Of a stretch of 64,000 bases of DNA, positions 19,590 to 28,681 are shown one piece after another (position 1 is the stretch's first letter; every line of letters begins with the position of its first letter). The position numbers and the translations under genes were made by a program. The stretch is from contig JBNRMW010000016.1 in NCBI GenBank assembly GCA_050309795.1, forward strand, positions 67,257 to 131,256. Reading direction: 5' to 3'. The notes under the pieces were generated by a model that searched no databases, was not told where the DNA came from, and saw only the letters and a program-made list of their open reading frames with translations. Source of the stretch: Erysipelotrichaceae bacterium. GTDB lineage: Bacteria > Bacillota_I > Bacilli_A > Erysipelotrichales > Erysipelotrichaceae.

Positions 19590-20320
19590 ACTAAAATCTC
19601 CGCCGTAGTTTGAGAAGCGATGACTTGACGTTTAAGATTCAAACGTTTCTCAACGCGTCTTAAGAAAAAGGAAACTGTTGAGGTTAAGATGAAGTAAATC
19701 AATAAATTAATAAACATCATATCAGTATAAGCAAAGGTGCTCCCAGCAATACTCATGGATTGATAAAATAAATCCGTGACCGAAATAACATTCAAAATAC
19801 TCGTATCTTTAATATTGACAATGAACTCATTACCAATCGCTGGGTAAGCGTTACGAATAGCCTGGGGCAAAATGATGAAACGAAACGTTTCTTTGGGAGT
19901 CATACCCAAAGCTAAAGAAGCTTCCTTTTGGCCTTCATCTACGGCTTGAATACCCGCTCGTAATACTTCAGCCATATAGGCAGAAGTGTTTAAAGAAACG
20001 ATGATCAATCCAGCTACAAAGGCAGACCAGTGCAGGACGGGTTTCAAACCGTAATAGAGAAAAACCGCTTGAGCAATCATCGGCGTTCCTCGAACAAATT
20101 CAATATAAAACGAGACCAGCGCTTTGATCAAACGCATGGGCCACTGTAGCCACTTTGGATAAATCGATACCTCTAGAGAACGGATTTGACTAAGAAAGAA
20201 GCCAATGAACAATCCAGCTAGGGTGGCGGTTAAGGAGATCATGAGCGTGGTTTGGATGCCCCGCCAAAGCATTGGCCAATAACGTTGTAAGAGGTTGAAA
20301 ACCTTTATAAAATCAACCAT
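19586..20320 (-). CDS. Polar amino-acid ABC transporter permease (HisM/GlnP type)
   Basis: Multi-TM protein with an EAA-type loop (EASLALGMTPKETFRFIILPQA). Confidence 0.9.
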   Translation of the reverse strand: MVDFIKVFNLLQRYWPMLWRGIQTTLMISLTATLAGLFIGFFLSQIRSLEVSIYPKWLQWPMRLIKALVSFYIEFVRGTPMIAQAVFLYYGLKPVLHWSAFVAGLIIVSLNTSAYMAEVLRAGIQAVDEGQKEASLALGMTPKETFRFIILPQAIRNAYPAIGNEFIVNIKDTSILNVISVTDLFYQSMSIAGSTFAYTDMMFINLLIYFILTSTVSFFLRRVEKRLNLKRQVIASQTTAEILV

Positions 20321-20322
20321 GA

Positions 20323-21138
20323 CTATTCACCGGAGGGTTGATTTTCCATGGCTTGGTTCATGAGGGATTCCCGCTTTTCTTGATCTAGTTGTTCCAAAAT
20401 TTCATTTACCTTTGTTAATAGTTCCGTGTTATCTTTGTTGACCGCTATTGAGACAGCGGTTGTAATATTTTCATCTTGAACAAAACCCGAACCTTCCTCA
20501 AACTCAACCATCACTAACTCCGGATTGGTCGCAATAACCGCTTGAGCTACAGGTTTTTCAACCACCGTTCCATCGACTGCTAATTGTTTAATAGCATTTA
20601 CGATAATTGGAACCGTGGCTAAAGCAGGTTCATGGATAACCTTTGGAATTTGATCAATAACAAGGTCGTAATTGGTGGCCATTTGACCAACAAATTTTGT
20701 TCCGGATAGATCTTCCAAGGAAGTCGCTTGAGCAAGCGGCGAGCTCGCCAAGGTTAAGACCACGTAATCGGAGTAGTAATAAGGCTCGGTAAAGCTAACT
20801 TCTAAGCGACGGTCTTCGGTGTCCGTCATACCAGCGATAATTAAATCGATCGAATTGGATTGAATTGCGGGAATTAAACCTTCCCATTGAGTAGGAACAA
20901 TCTCAAGGCTTAAATTTAGTTGATCAGCAATTTCTTGAGCGATGAGCACGTCATATCCTCCACAATAGGATTGAGTCGATTCAACAAAGATTGCATCGTC
21001 GCTTTCTTCTTGTTGCATCCAATTAAACGGAGCATAATTACACTCCATACCGACACTTAGTACAGATGTAGTGGTCGGTGCACTGCTACAGCTGACTAAC
21101 CAAAGACTGGTTAACAGTAATACGATCATTTTTTTCAT
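20323..21138 (-). CDS. Amino-acid ABC transporter substrate-binding lipoprotein
   Basis: Lipobox LVSC follows the signal peptide MKKMIVLLLTSLW, with an SBP type 3 fold pattern. ATG at 21138 is preceded by agagga. Confidence 0.85.
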   Translation of the reverse strand: MKKMIVLLLTSLWLVSCSSAPTTTSVLSVGMECNYAPFNWMQQEESDDAIFVESTQSYCGGYDVLIAQEIADQLNLSLEIVPTQWEGLIPAIQSNSIDLIIAGMTDTEDRRLEVSFTEPYYYSDYVVLTLASSPLAQATSLEDLSGTKFVGQMATNYDLVIDQIPKVIHEPALATVPIIVNAIKQLAVDGTVVEKPVAQAVIATNPELVMVEFEEGSGFVQDENITTAVSIAVNKDNTELLTKVNEILEQLDQEKRESLMNQAMENQPSGE

Positions 21139-21154
21139 GATGTCCTCTTTTCTA

Positions 21155-21352
21155 ATAAAAAAGACCATTTGCACTAAATGATCTGACTTGGTTTAACATT
21201 TAGCACCTCTTCACAGGAAGGAGTGTTGTAAGTATTTCCTACAACCCCATAGGTTCGTGTACCCACGAAACTATTCGGCGATGATTGCCTTTCCCGTAGT
21301 TCGTTGCCTGTCGGCTCCCTACGGTACTTTTCTGCACCGCTACCTCTATTTA
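21155..21352 (-). promoter_or_regulatory. Probable lysine (L-box) riboswitch with terminator/antiterminator, in the leader of the ABC operon
   Basis: The minus strand carries, in L-box order, AGAGGtaGC, AAGTAcc, GGGAG, GGGAAAGGcaatcatCGCCGAAtag, two hairpins (ttcgtg-ggta-cacgaa and ttgta-N9-tacaa), CCTATGGGG and CCTGTGA. A terminator follows (gatcattt-agtgc-aaatggtc plus TTTTTT), and its 5' arm can alternatively pair in ctaaatg/catttag. Confidence 0.65.
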
Positions 21353-21369
21353 TCTTTTTTACAACCTGT

Positions 21370-21397
21370 ATTATAGACATATAATTAGCAATGTCAA
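21370..21397 (-). promoter_or_regulatory. Sigma-A promoter driving the riboswitch and ABC operon
   Basis: The minus strand reads TTGACA, 16-nt spacer, TATAAT. Confidence 0.7.
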
Positions 21398-21523
21398 GTT
21401 TAGCTCCTTCAGGGGTTATCGAGTTGTTAGAAAGAAAAGGATGAGGATCGAACGGTCGCTTAGCCACTTTCGATAGATATCTTTATCATGATTATTAATG
21501 CTATAATAATCACGGAGGAAATG

Positions 21524-22372
21524 ATGGATCTATTACTCGCAATCAATAAACCAGCAAATGTAACCTCACACGATGTTACCCAAAAAATTAAACGAAAATT
21601 ACGAGTCAAGGTTGGCCATATGGGAACATTAGATCCCCAAGCAGAAGGACTCTTAATTTTATTAACAGGACGTAAAACAAAATTTTTGCCGTATCTTCAA
21701 GCAAGCCCGAAGGTTTATGAAGGTCGGCTTTTATTAGGCACTAAAACCGATACAGGAGACATCTGGGGTGAGATCATTGAAGAACAGTCGGTCGAATCAT
21801 TTTCAGTGTCTTCGATACAAACGGTTCTCCAAAGTTTTATTGGTCCGCAAAAACAACGAGTGCCCATGGTTTCAGCAAAAAAGGTAGCAGGCAGGAAATT
21901 ATATGAATATCATCGCCAAAAGCTTGATATTGACACACAATACCACGAGATTGAGATTTACGAGCTGAACTATTTAGGATATGATAAAGACCGCCAAGAA
22001 ATTGCTTTTCTAGCTAAAGTCAGTACGGGCACGTATATTCGCACCCTATGCGAAGACATTGGCGAGCGGCTAGGTACGGTTGCTACGATGAGCCATTTAG
22101 TGCGTACAGGCATTGGGCCGTATCAATTGAAGCAAGCTGGACGACCCGAAGAGGTCCTAGAAAATATACAATCGTATGTGTTAGATGAAAAAATAGCGTT
22201 AACACATTATAAGATGATTACATTAAACGATATAACACCTGTTTATCATGGCAAGCCCTTAGCCTTAAATGAAGACGTCTCTCCGGTTTTAATCCTTTCT
22301 AAGGATGAAATCGTCGCGGTGTATAAGAAAGGAAAAGATGGTTTGTATTACAATGAAAGAGGACTATGGTAA
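21524..22372 (+). CDS. truB: tRNA pseudouridine-55 synthase TruB
   Basis: The LAINKPANVTSHDV and GHMGTLDP motifs are the TruB catalytic Asp region. ATG at 21524 (or 21521) follows ggagg. The upstream ORF extension was discarded. Confidence 0.9.
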   Translation: MDLLLAINKPANVTSHDVTQKIKRKLRVKVGHMGTLDPQAEGLLILLTGRKTKFLPYLQASPKVYEGRLLLGTKTDTGDIWGEIIEEQSVESFSVSSIQTVLQSFIGPQKQRVPMVSAKKVAGRKLYEYHRQKLDIDTQYHEIEIYELNYLGYDKDRQEIAFLAKVSTGTYIRTLCEDIGERLGTVATMSHLVRTGIGPYQLKQAGRPEEVLENIQSYVLDEKIALTHYKMITLNDITPVYHGKPLALNEDVSPVLILSKDEIVAVYKKGKDGLYYNERGLW

Positions 22373-23307
22373 TGATTATTAAACAATTAAACATAAAGGA
22401 CATCCAACGCGAAACGCAGCCACTCTCCGTTTGTTTAGGCTATTTTGACGGGTTGCATTTGGGACATCAACGGTTGGTTCAACAAGCAATCAGCGTAGCT
22501 AAAGAGAAAGGCTATCGATCGGGTTTAATCACCTTTAAACAAGATCCTTTAACGGTTCTAAAGCCATCTCTTAAGAAGCAACAATTGACCACCAATGAAG
22601 ACCGCCAACAACTTGGACAAGCTCTCGGTTTAGCTTATTGGTATGAATTGGATTTTACTTTAGAAGTATCACAGACTAGTCCTGAAGAATTTATCGAAAA
22701 GATAATTGTTGACTTAGGGGTAAAACATGTGGTTGTTGGCTTTGATTATCGTTTTGGTTTTAAAGGGGCAGGGACTCCAGAAAGATTAAAGGCATTAAGT
22801 GCAAAACGCTACACGGTGGATGTCATCGAACCAGTACAATATTTAAATGAAAAGATTTCTTCAACACGAATTATTGATCTCGTTGAAAAGGGGATGGTTG
22901 AAGATTTACCAAATTTATTAGGTCGTTACTATCACCTTCAGGGTAAAGTTGGCCACGGTCGCCGTCATGGTCACAAATTAGGTTTTCCAACAGCAAACCT
23001 CCTTATCAATCCTTCCTATGTTATCCCTAAAAATGGGGTCTATATCGGAGCGGTAGAGGTCGATAAACAATGGTATCCGGCCATGATCTCGATAGGACAT
23101 AATCCAACCGTTGATCGTAATTTACCACTAACGATTGAAGCCCATCTGTTGGATCAAAAAATGGATCTCTATGATCGGGAAGTTAAAATTTACTTCCGAA
23201 AATATCTCCGCGAACAAATTGCTTTTGCCAGTATGGACTTGTTAAAAGAAAAGTTAGCCCAAGATTACGAAGAAACTAAGGAATATTTTTCCAAAAACCC
23301 TATCTAG
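22372..23307 (+). CDS. ribF: Bifunctional riboflavin kinase / FAD synthetase
   Basis: GYFDGLHLGHQ and GFDYRFG motifs, plus the C-terminal kinase motif GFPTANL. The start overlaps the truB stop (TAATG). Confidence 0.92.
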   Translation: MIIKQLNIKDIQRETQPLSVCLGYFDGLHLGHQRLVQQAISVAKEKGYRSGLITFKQDPLTVLKPSLKKQQLTTNEDRQQLGQALGLAYWYELDFTLEVSQTSPEEFIEKIIVDLGVKHVVVGFDYRFGFKGAGTPERLKALSAKRYTVDVIEPVQYLNEKISSTRIIDLVEKGMVEDLPNLLGRYYHLQGKVGHGRRHGHKLGFPTANLLINPSYVIPKNGVYIGAVEVDKQWYPAMISIGHNPTVDRNLPLTIEAHLLDQKMDLYDREVKIYFRKYLREQIAFASMDLLKEKLAQDYEETKEYFSKNPI

Positions 23308-23340
23308 TAAAACTTTAGTAAACATATAAAAAATATTTGA

Positions 23341-23366
23341 AAACTCCGCATTTAGGAGTTTTTTTA
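23341..23366 (+). terminator. Rho-independent terminator after ribF
   Basis: aactcc-gcattta-ggagtt followed by TTTTTT. Confidence 0.8.
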
Positions 23367-23630
23367 TGTTCTAAATTCAGCTCCATAATAGGTTTATTTT
23401 CCATCAAATCAATAATATATAATTTATAATCATTAAAATAAGGGTCTAAATATGGAAAAAATGATCAGAAAAGTAATTCGTTGAAATTGTTTGAAACTAA
23501 ATTTCACGTTGTGGTAAACTCATAAATGCCCAATCTTATGGGAAAAGTAGTGCTATTTGGCTACAATCGACATGATTTATTAATGCGACCGTAAATGGAT
23601 TATGATATAATTCAACAAGGTGGTGATAGT

Positions 23631-23960
23631 ATGGCAAATGAATATGTTATCTCGAAAAGAGATGAAAAATTAGGAACAGTTCAGTTATCTAAATCGGTTT
23701 TTGAATCCATCATTCGAATTACCTTAGAAGAAATGGAAGGCGTCTTTATTGTAGATACTTCCTGGAAGAGTGGTGTGGTTCCCGTGGTCCACAAAGATAA
23801 TGATTTGAGCGTCATGGTTGATGTAAAACTCCGCTATGGATTGAGCGCTCAACGAGTTTCAATGAACATTCAAGAGAAAGTGGTTAATGTAATCAAACAG
23901 ACCACCGATGTCGTTATTAAAAATGTCGACGTCAAAATTAGTGGATTCGTTTTTGAATAG
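23631..23960 (+). CDS. Asp23/Gls24 family protein (YqhY-like)
   Basis: Asp23-type fold pattern and its position upstream of nusB, as in B. subtilis yqhY. ATG at 23631 lies 7 nt after aaggtgg. Confidence 0.8.
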   Translation: MANEYVISKRDEKLGTVQLSKSVFESIIRITLEEMEGVFIVDTSWKSGVVPVVHKDNDLSVMVDVKLRYGLSAQRVSMNIQEKVVNVIKQTTDVVIKNVDVKISGFVFE

Positions 23961-23970
23961 TAGTGTAAAG

Positions 23971-23990
23971 AAAGCCGAGATGGCTTTTTT
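23971..23990 (+). terminator. Terminator or attenuator between yqhY-like gene and nusB
   Basis: aaagcc-gagat-ggcttt followed by TTT. A TGgTAAAAT promoter element follows at 24002-24010. Confidence 0.6.
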
Positions 23991-24029
23991 ACATAGGAGT
24001 ATGGTAAAATTATACCTACAGGAGAGGAT

Positions 24030-24416
24030 ATGGAAGCACAAAAAAACCGACATCAGGAACGCGAAAACGCCATGATTTTTCTTTATCAAGCATTATTAAC
24101 TGCGCCTTTAAATTCAGCCAAAACTTTGGATTTTGAGGAAGTTTCAACCTCGCAGTTTTATCCTGCTATAAAATACGCCCTAGATAACCAAACCGATTTG
24201 ATCGAGCTTATTCAAGATGAACTATTGGAATGGTCTTTTGAACGTTTAGGTTATGTCGAGCAAGCGATTTTACTATTAGCTTGTGGTGAAGCGGTCGTCG
24301 AATCGACGCCGAAGGGTATTTTAATTAACGAAGCCGTCGAAATGGCGAAACGCTTTTCCGATGAAGATAGTTATAAACTTATTAATGCAACGCTTGACCG
24401 GGTATTGAATATATGA
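24030..24416 (+). CDS. nusB: Transcription antitermination factor NusB
   Basis: NusB-like helical protein (RERENAMIFLYQ ... INATLDRV). Confidence 0.88.
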   Translation: MEAQKNRHQERENAMIFLYQALLTAPLNSAKTLDFEEVSTSQFYPAIKYALDNQTDLIELIQDELLEWSFERLGYVEQAILLLACGEAVVESTPKGILINEAVEMAKRFSDEDSYKLINATLDRVLNI

Positions 24417-25756
24417 ATCTCTCTGTATCTGAATTAGTTCGCTCCATCAAATCGGTTTTAGATAGCCAACCTCATTTACAACGGGTAAAGGTCGTTGGTG
24501 AATTGTCGAATTTAACAAAACATCGCAGTGGGCATTGGTACTTTTCACTCAAGGACGATAAAGCACGGATTAACTGCGTGATGTTTGCTTCCTATAATCA
24601 GTTGGTTTCTTTTGTTCCTAAAGAGGGGCAACAAGTGGTCGTTTCGGCGTTAACAACGGTATATGTTGGTTCTGGTCAATTACAACTTGTGTGTTTTACG
24701 ATGGCATTAGATGGAGAAGGCGCCCTATACCAACAGTATTTAGAATTGCGGGATAAATTACATAAAGAAGGTTTGTTTTCACCACAGTTTAAACAATCCA
24801 TTCCAAACTATCCCCAGCGTATTGGTGTGATTGCTGGGCACCAATCGGCCGCATTGGCAGACGTGCTAAAAACCTTAGAAAGCCGTTGGCCTCTCGCAAC
24901 CGTTGTTGTTTATGAATCCTTGGTTCAAGGGCCAAAAGCAAGCGAACAATTATTGGCCCAGCTACAATTAGCTGATCAAGCGCAATTAGATGTGATCTTA
25001 TTGGTTCGTGGCGGTGGTTCGCTGGAAGATTTATGGGCCTTCAATAACGAGGCGTTAGCGCGAGGTATCTTTGCGGCAAAGACACCCATAATTACTGGGG
25101 TCGGTCATGAAGTCGATGTGACTTTAGTTGATTATGTTGCGGATTTAAGAGCCTTAACACCAACGGCTGCGGCGCAATTAGCTACGCCTGATTATCGAGA
25201 GGTTCAAGGTCAAATTGCTCAATATGTCCGCCAAATGAACATGAAGCTGCAAGCGAAGTTAAAAAGCCAACAAGCACAGCTTCAACAGATTCAAAGTCAT
25301 CGCTATTTCCAAATGCCGGACTTATTGGTTCACCAAGAACGCCTTCAACTGAAACAAATGGATCAGCAACTGTATCGGTTTTTGCGTTCATTTGATCAAA
25401 TTCAAGAACAACTTCAGCAATCAATTGGCTTTATGAAACAACAGCTCTTATTACGGTTAAAGGACGAACATAATTCGCTCGTGTCTTTGAAAAACAAACT
25501 GAAACAACAAATAGATGGGGCCTATACGACAAGGGAAAACCACCTTCAATTATTGTTATCCCAGTTAGATGGCCAAAGTCCATTGAAAGCAATGACGAAA
25601 GGATTTGTTCTATCCCATCAAGAAAATCGAAAAATCACAAGCATTACGCAAATTAATGTCAACCAACCCTTATCCATCGAATATATTGATGGACAAGTTC
25701 AAACACAAATTGTTTCATTAGAAAAGGGGAATACCTATGGAAAAACTAAACTTTGA
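24413..25756 (+). CDS. xseA: Exodeoxyribonuclease VII large subunit
   Basis: N-terminal OB fold (V.GE.SN...H.SGHWYFSLKD), VRGGGS.EDLW.FN and a coiled-coil C-terminus. Confidence 0.92.
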   Translation: MNLSVSELVRSIKSVLDSQPHLQRVKVVGELSNLTKHRSGHWYFSLKDDKARINCVMFASYNQLVSFVPKEGQQVVVSALTTVYVGSGQLQLVCFTMALDGEGALYQQYLELRDKLHKEGLFSPQFKQSIPNYPQRIGVIAGHQSAALADVLKTLESRWPLATVVVYESLVQGPKASEQLLAQLQLADQAQLDVILLVRGGGSLEDLWAFNNEALARGIFAAKTPIITGVGHEVDVTLVDYVADLRALTPTAAAQLATPDYREVQGQIAQYVRQMNMKLQAKLKSQQAQLQQIQSHRYFQMPDLLVHQERLQLKQMDQQLYRFLRSFDQIQEQLQQSIGFMKQQLLLRLKDEHNSLVSLKNKLKQQIDGAYTTRENHLQLLLSQLDGQSPLKAMTKGFVLSHQENRKITSITQINVNQPLSIEYIDGQVQTQIVSLEKGNTYGKTKL

Positions 25757-25952
25757 TGAGGCGATAAAACGACTTCAAGAGATTGTCAAACAGCTAGATA
25801 ATGAGGATCTGTCTTTGGATAAAAGCATTGCTTTATTTGAAGAAGGTTTAAAATTATCAACCTATTGTAACGCACAATTAAAGTCTTATGAACAAAAAAT
25901 TGATGCGATTACCAATCAATACGAGCAGGGTGAAGTAGAAAATGAAGCATGA
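25737..25952 (+). CDS. xseB: Exodeoxyribonuclease VII small subunit
   Basis: 71 aa containing FEEAIKRLQEIVKQLDNEDLSLD..LFEEG, located downstream of xseA. Confidence 0.9.
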   Translation: MEKLNFDEAIKRLQEIVKQLDNEDLSLDKSIALFEEGLKLSTYCNAQLKSYEQKIDAITNQYEQGEVENEA

Positions 25953-26787
25953 ATTTGAAGAACAATTAGAAGAGCTCATCGGTAGTTATAGTTCATCCAA
26001 AGTTCTGGATGCTGCGGCTTATTCTTTATTGGGTGATGGCAAGCGGGTACGTCCTTTGTTGTTATTTAATCTTATTTCCGATTATGGAGAAGACCCTTAT
26101 ATTGGTATGGATGCTGCCTTAGCCTTAGAAATGATTCAAACCTATTCGCTCATTCACGACGATTTGCCAGCGATGGACGATGACGATTTTCGTCGTGGAG
26201 CACCATCTAACCATATTGTTTATGGAGAAGGCCATGCTATTTTAGCTGGTGATGCGTTGTTAACCGCTGCCTTTGATGTCTTATCTAGTGCGAATTATAG
26301 CGATCGTCACAAGGTTGAATTAATCCAGTTGTTTGCGCAAAGAGCCGGGCTGGAAGGTATGATTTTGGGCCAAGATTTGGATTTAAAATATGAAGAAAAA
26401 CGGCCTAAAGATTTAGAAGAACTTTTCTTAATGTACGATAAAAAAACAGGGAGCTTGTTAGCAACCGCGCTAGAGTCGGGAGCGATTTTAGTGAATCGTT
26501 CGGCCGATCGAGAAACCTTGAAAATGGTGGGTTATAAATGTGGTCGAGCTTTTCAGATTCAAGACGATATCTTCGATGTCATTAAAACACAGGAAGAACT
26601 AGGTAAAACAGTGGGCTCTGATGAAGCAAATAAGAAAGTAACCTCCTTATCTTATCTAAGTATCGAAGACGCAACTGAACTTGTTGCAAAGTTGTATGCG
26701 GAAGTTCGTGAAAGTTTATCAAGTTTAAAATTAGTTAATAACAAAGTGTATGAGATGATTGAATATCTCATGAGTCGCAAGAGCTAA
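25942..26787 (+). CDS. ispA: Polyprenyl (farnesyl/geranyl) diphosphate synthase
   Basis: First and second aspartate-rich motifs (LIHDDLPAMDDDDFRRG and FQIQDDIFD). Confidence 0.9.
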   Translation: MKHEFEEQLEELIGSYSSSKVLDAAAYSLLGDGKRVRPLLLFNLISDYGEDPYIGMDAALALEMIQTYSLIHDDLPAMDDDDFRRGAPSNHIVYGEGHAILAGDALLTAAFDVLSSANYSDRHKVELIQLFAQRAGLEGMILGQDLDLKYEEKRPKDLEELFLMYDKKTGSLLATALESGAILVNRSADRETLKMVGYKCGRAFQIQDDIFDVIKTQEELGKTVGSDEANKKVTSLSYLSIEDATELVAKLYAEVRESLSSLKLVNNKVYEMIEYLMSRKS

Positions 26788-26788
26788 A

Positions 26789-28666
26789 ATGGTTAAACAT
26801 CTATTAGAAATTACGGATCCCCAATTTATTAAATCCTTAACGAATGCTCAATGTCGCTCCTTAGCGAAAGACATTCGTGAGTTTTTAATAACGTCTGTTT
26901 CCCAAACAGGTGGCCATTTATCAAGCAATTTAGGAACTGTTGAGTTAACGATTGCTTTACACAAGGTTTTTAATTCGCCACATGACAAATTGATTTTTGA
27001 TGTGGGTCATCAAGCTTATACCCATAAAATATTAACTGGTCGGGCCAAAGATTTTAGCACCCTGCGTCAATTTCAAGGTCTTTCTGGATTCCAAAAACGA
27101 ATAGAAAGTGAACACGATGTTTTCGAAGCGGGACATGCTGGAACCTCCTTGTCTGCGGCTTATGGCATGGCCGTCGCCCGCGATTTAGAGGCCAAAGAGC
27201 ACCATATCGTAGCGGTAATTGGCGATGGAGCGATGACTAATGGCATGGCTTATGAAGCCTTAAATCATATCGGAGATTCCCGCCATAAGGTTATTATTGT
27301 CCTAAATGATAATTCGATGTCTATTTCAAAAAATGTCGGCTATTTGTCGCAACGCTTTAATACGATGCGGGTAGGAAAGCCGTATAATGCGTTTAAACTT
27401 GATTTAAATGAATTTTTAGCGAAAGGCGGGAAATGGTTAGAACCGGTTCAAAAAAGTTTAATTGCAATCCGTAATCAAGTGCGTAAAAACGTTGTTGACG
27501 AAACAATATTTAGTGAATTTGGTTTGCAGTATGTGGGACCATTCAATGGCCACCATATCGCGGATATGGTCCGGGCGTTTGAATATGCTAAAAACTATGA
27601 TGGAGGACCCATAGTTATCCATTTAAAAACTCAAAAAGGAAAAGGTTATCATTTATCCGAGCGCGATATAGATGGTAGTTGGCATGGCGTCTCGAAGTTT
27701 GATATTGACTCTGGGGAACCGTTAGAACAAGTGTGTGAATCGCGTAAATCGTACTCAACCATTGTTTCAGAATCCTTGATTCGACTAGCCAAAGATGATG
27801 AAGATATTGTGGTTATTACCCCAGCAATGAAGAAGGGTTCTTCTCTTGATCGGTTTTTTGATACCTTCCCCAAGAGGGCAATTGATACGGGTATTACCGA
27901 AGGGCATGCCGCAACCTTTGCTTCAGGGCTAGCTTTAAGTGGTAAAAAACCATTTTTATCAATTTATTCCACTTTTTTACAACGAGCTTATGACCAAATC
28001 AATCACGACATTACGCGGATGAATTTACCGGTCGTTATTGGGGTTGATCGGGCTGGTTTAGTTGGAGAAGATGGCGATACCCATCATGGGGTTTTTGATA
28101 TTGGCATTTTAAAACCTTTGCCTAATCTAGTTATTGCTCAAGCAAAAAATGGGACGGAGTTACAGCACTTACTTTATACCGCATTCCAACACGATGGGCC
28201 GTTTGCGCTTCGTTATCCGCGTGGAGTGAGTGAATATTACCCGGTGCCTTCTTTTGAGAACATTGAGATCGGTTCTTGGGAGATTTTAAAAGTTCAATCG
28301 AATCCACAGCTGATTGTCCTTACCTATGGTCAGGAAGTTCAACAAGTGGTTGACTATGCTAAAGAGCGAGAACTTCCGTTGTGGGTTGTTAATATGCGTT
28401 TTATCAAGCCATTAGATCAACATGTCTTGAATGAAATTTTACATTTAGATGTACCTATATTACTTTATGAGACTGATATTCAAGTTGGTGGCGTTGGGGA
28501 TAGCATTTGTTGTCACATGAATGATATCGACGTGCATCATAAATTACATCGCGTGGGGCTTCATGATCATTATGTAGAACATGGATCGATGGAGAAACTA
28601 CGTCAACAGGAACAGATCGACCTCGCCGCCGTGGCCAAAAAAATCGACGAACTTTTAGTTAAGTAG
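26789..28666 (+). CDS. dxs: 1-deoxy-D-xylulose-5-phosphate synthase
   Basis: GGHLSSNLG, the ThDP motif GDGAMTNGMAYEALN and transketolase-like C-terminal domains. Confidence 0.95.
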   Translation: MVKHLLEITDPQFIKSLTNAQCRSLAKDIREFLITSVSQTGGHLSSNLGTVELTIALHKVFNSPHDKLIFDVGHQAYTHKILTGRAKDFSTLRQFQGLSGFQKRIESEHDVFEAGHAGTSLSAAYGMAVARDLEAKEHHIVAVIGDGAMTNGMAYEALNHIGDSRHKVIIVLNDNSMSISKNVGYLSQRFNTMRVGKPYNAFKLDLNEFLAKGGKWLEPVQKSLIAIRNQVRKNVVDETIFSEFGLQYVGPFNGHHIADMVRAFEYAKNYDGGPIVIHLKTQKGKGYHLSERDIDGSWHGVSKFDIDSGEPLEQVCESRKSYSTIVSESLIRLAKDDEDIVVITPAMKKGSSLDRFFDTFPKRAIDTGITEGHAATFASGLALSGKKPFLSIYSTFLQRAYDQINHDITRMNLPVVIGVDRAGLVGEDGDTHHGVFDIGILKPLPNLVIAQAKNGTELQHLLYTAFQHDGPFALRYPRGVSEYYPVPSFENIEIGSWEILKVQSNPQLIVLTYGQEVQQVVDYAKERELPLWVVNMRFIKPLDQHVLNEILHLDVPILLYETDIQVGGVGDSICCHMNDIDVHHKLHRVGLHDHYVEHGSMEKLRQQEQIDLAAVAKKIDELLVK

Positions 28667-28681
28667 TTAGGAGGGAAGGCT

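Noticed and set aside
21445-21458. A GGATCGAACGG motif resembling the reverse complement of a tRNA T-loop
   Set aside because: The flanking bases cannot form a T-stem or an acceptor stem, and no cloverleaf can be drawn.
21174-21467. A 97-aa minus-strand ORF in the supplied track
   Set aside because: It spans a consensus promoter, riboswitch-like conserved blocks and an intrinsic terminator. It has no ribosome-binding site and an implausible composition. I interpret it as the structured leader RNA of the ABC operon.
23452-23484. A 10-codon ORF (MEKMIRKVIR) in the ribF-yqhY spacer
   Set aside because: It lies upstream of the only plausible promoter and has a weak ribosome-binding site. Nothing suggests a leader-peptide mechanism.
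28648-28661. CGAACTTTTAGTT upstream of recN as a possible LexA/DinR (Cheo) box; likewise GAACTAATTGAC before dinB (about 30299-30312)
   Set aside because: Only one half-site (GAAC) matches. The second half-site is either wrongly spaced or degenerate. I cannot support an SOS box by eye.
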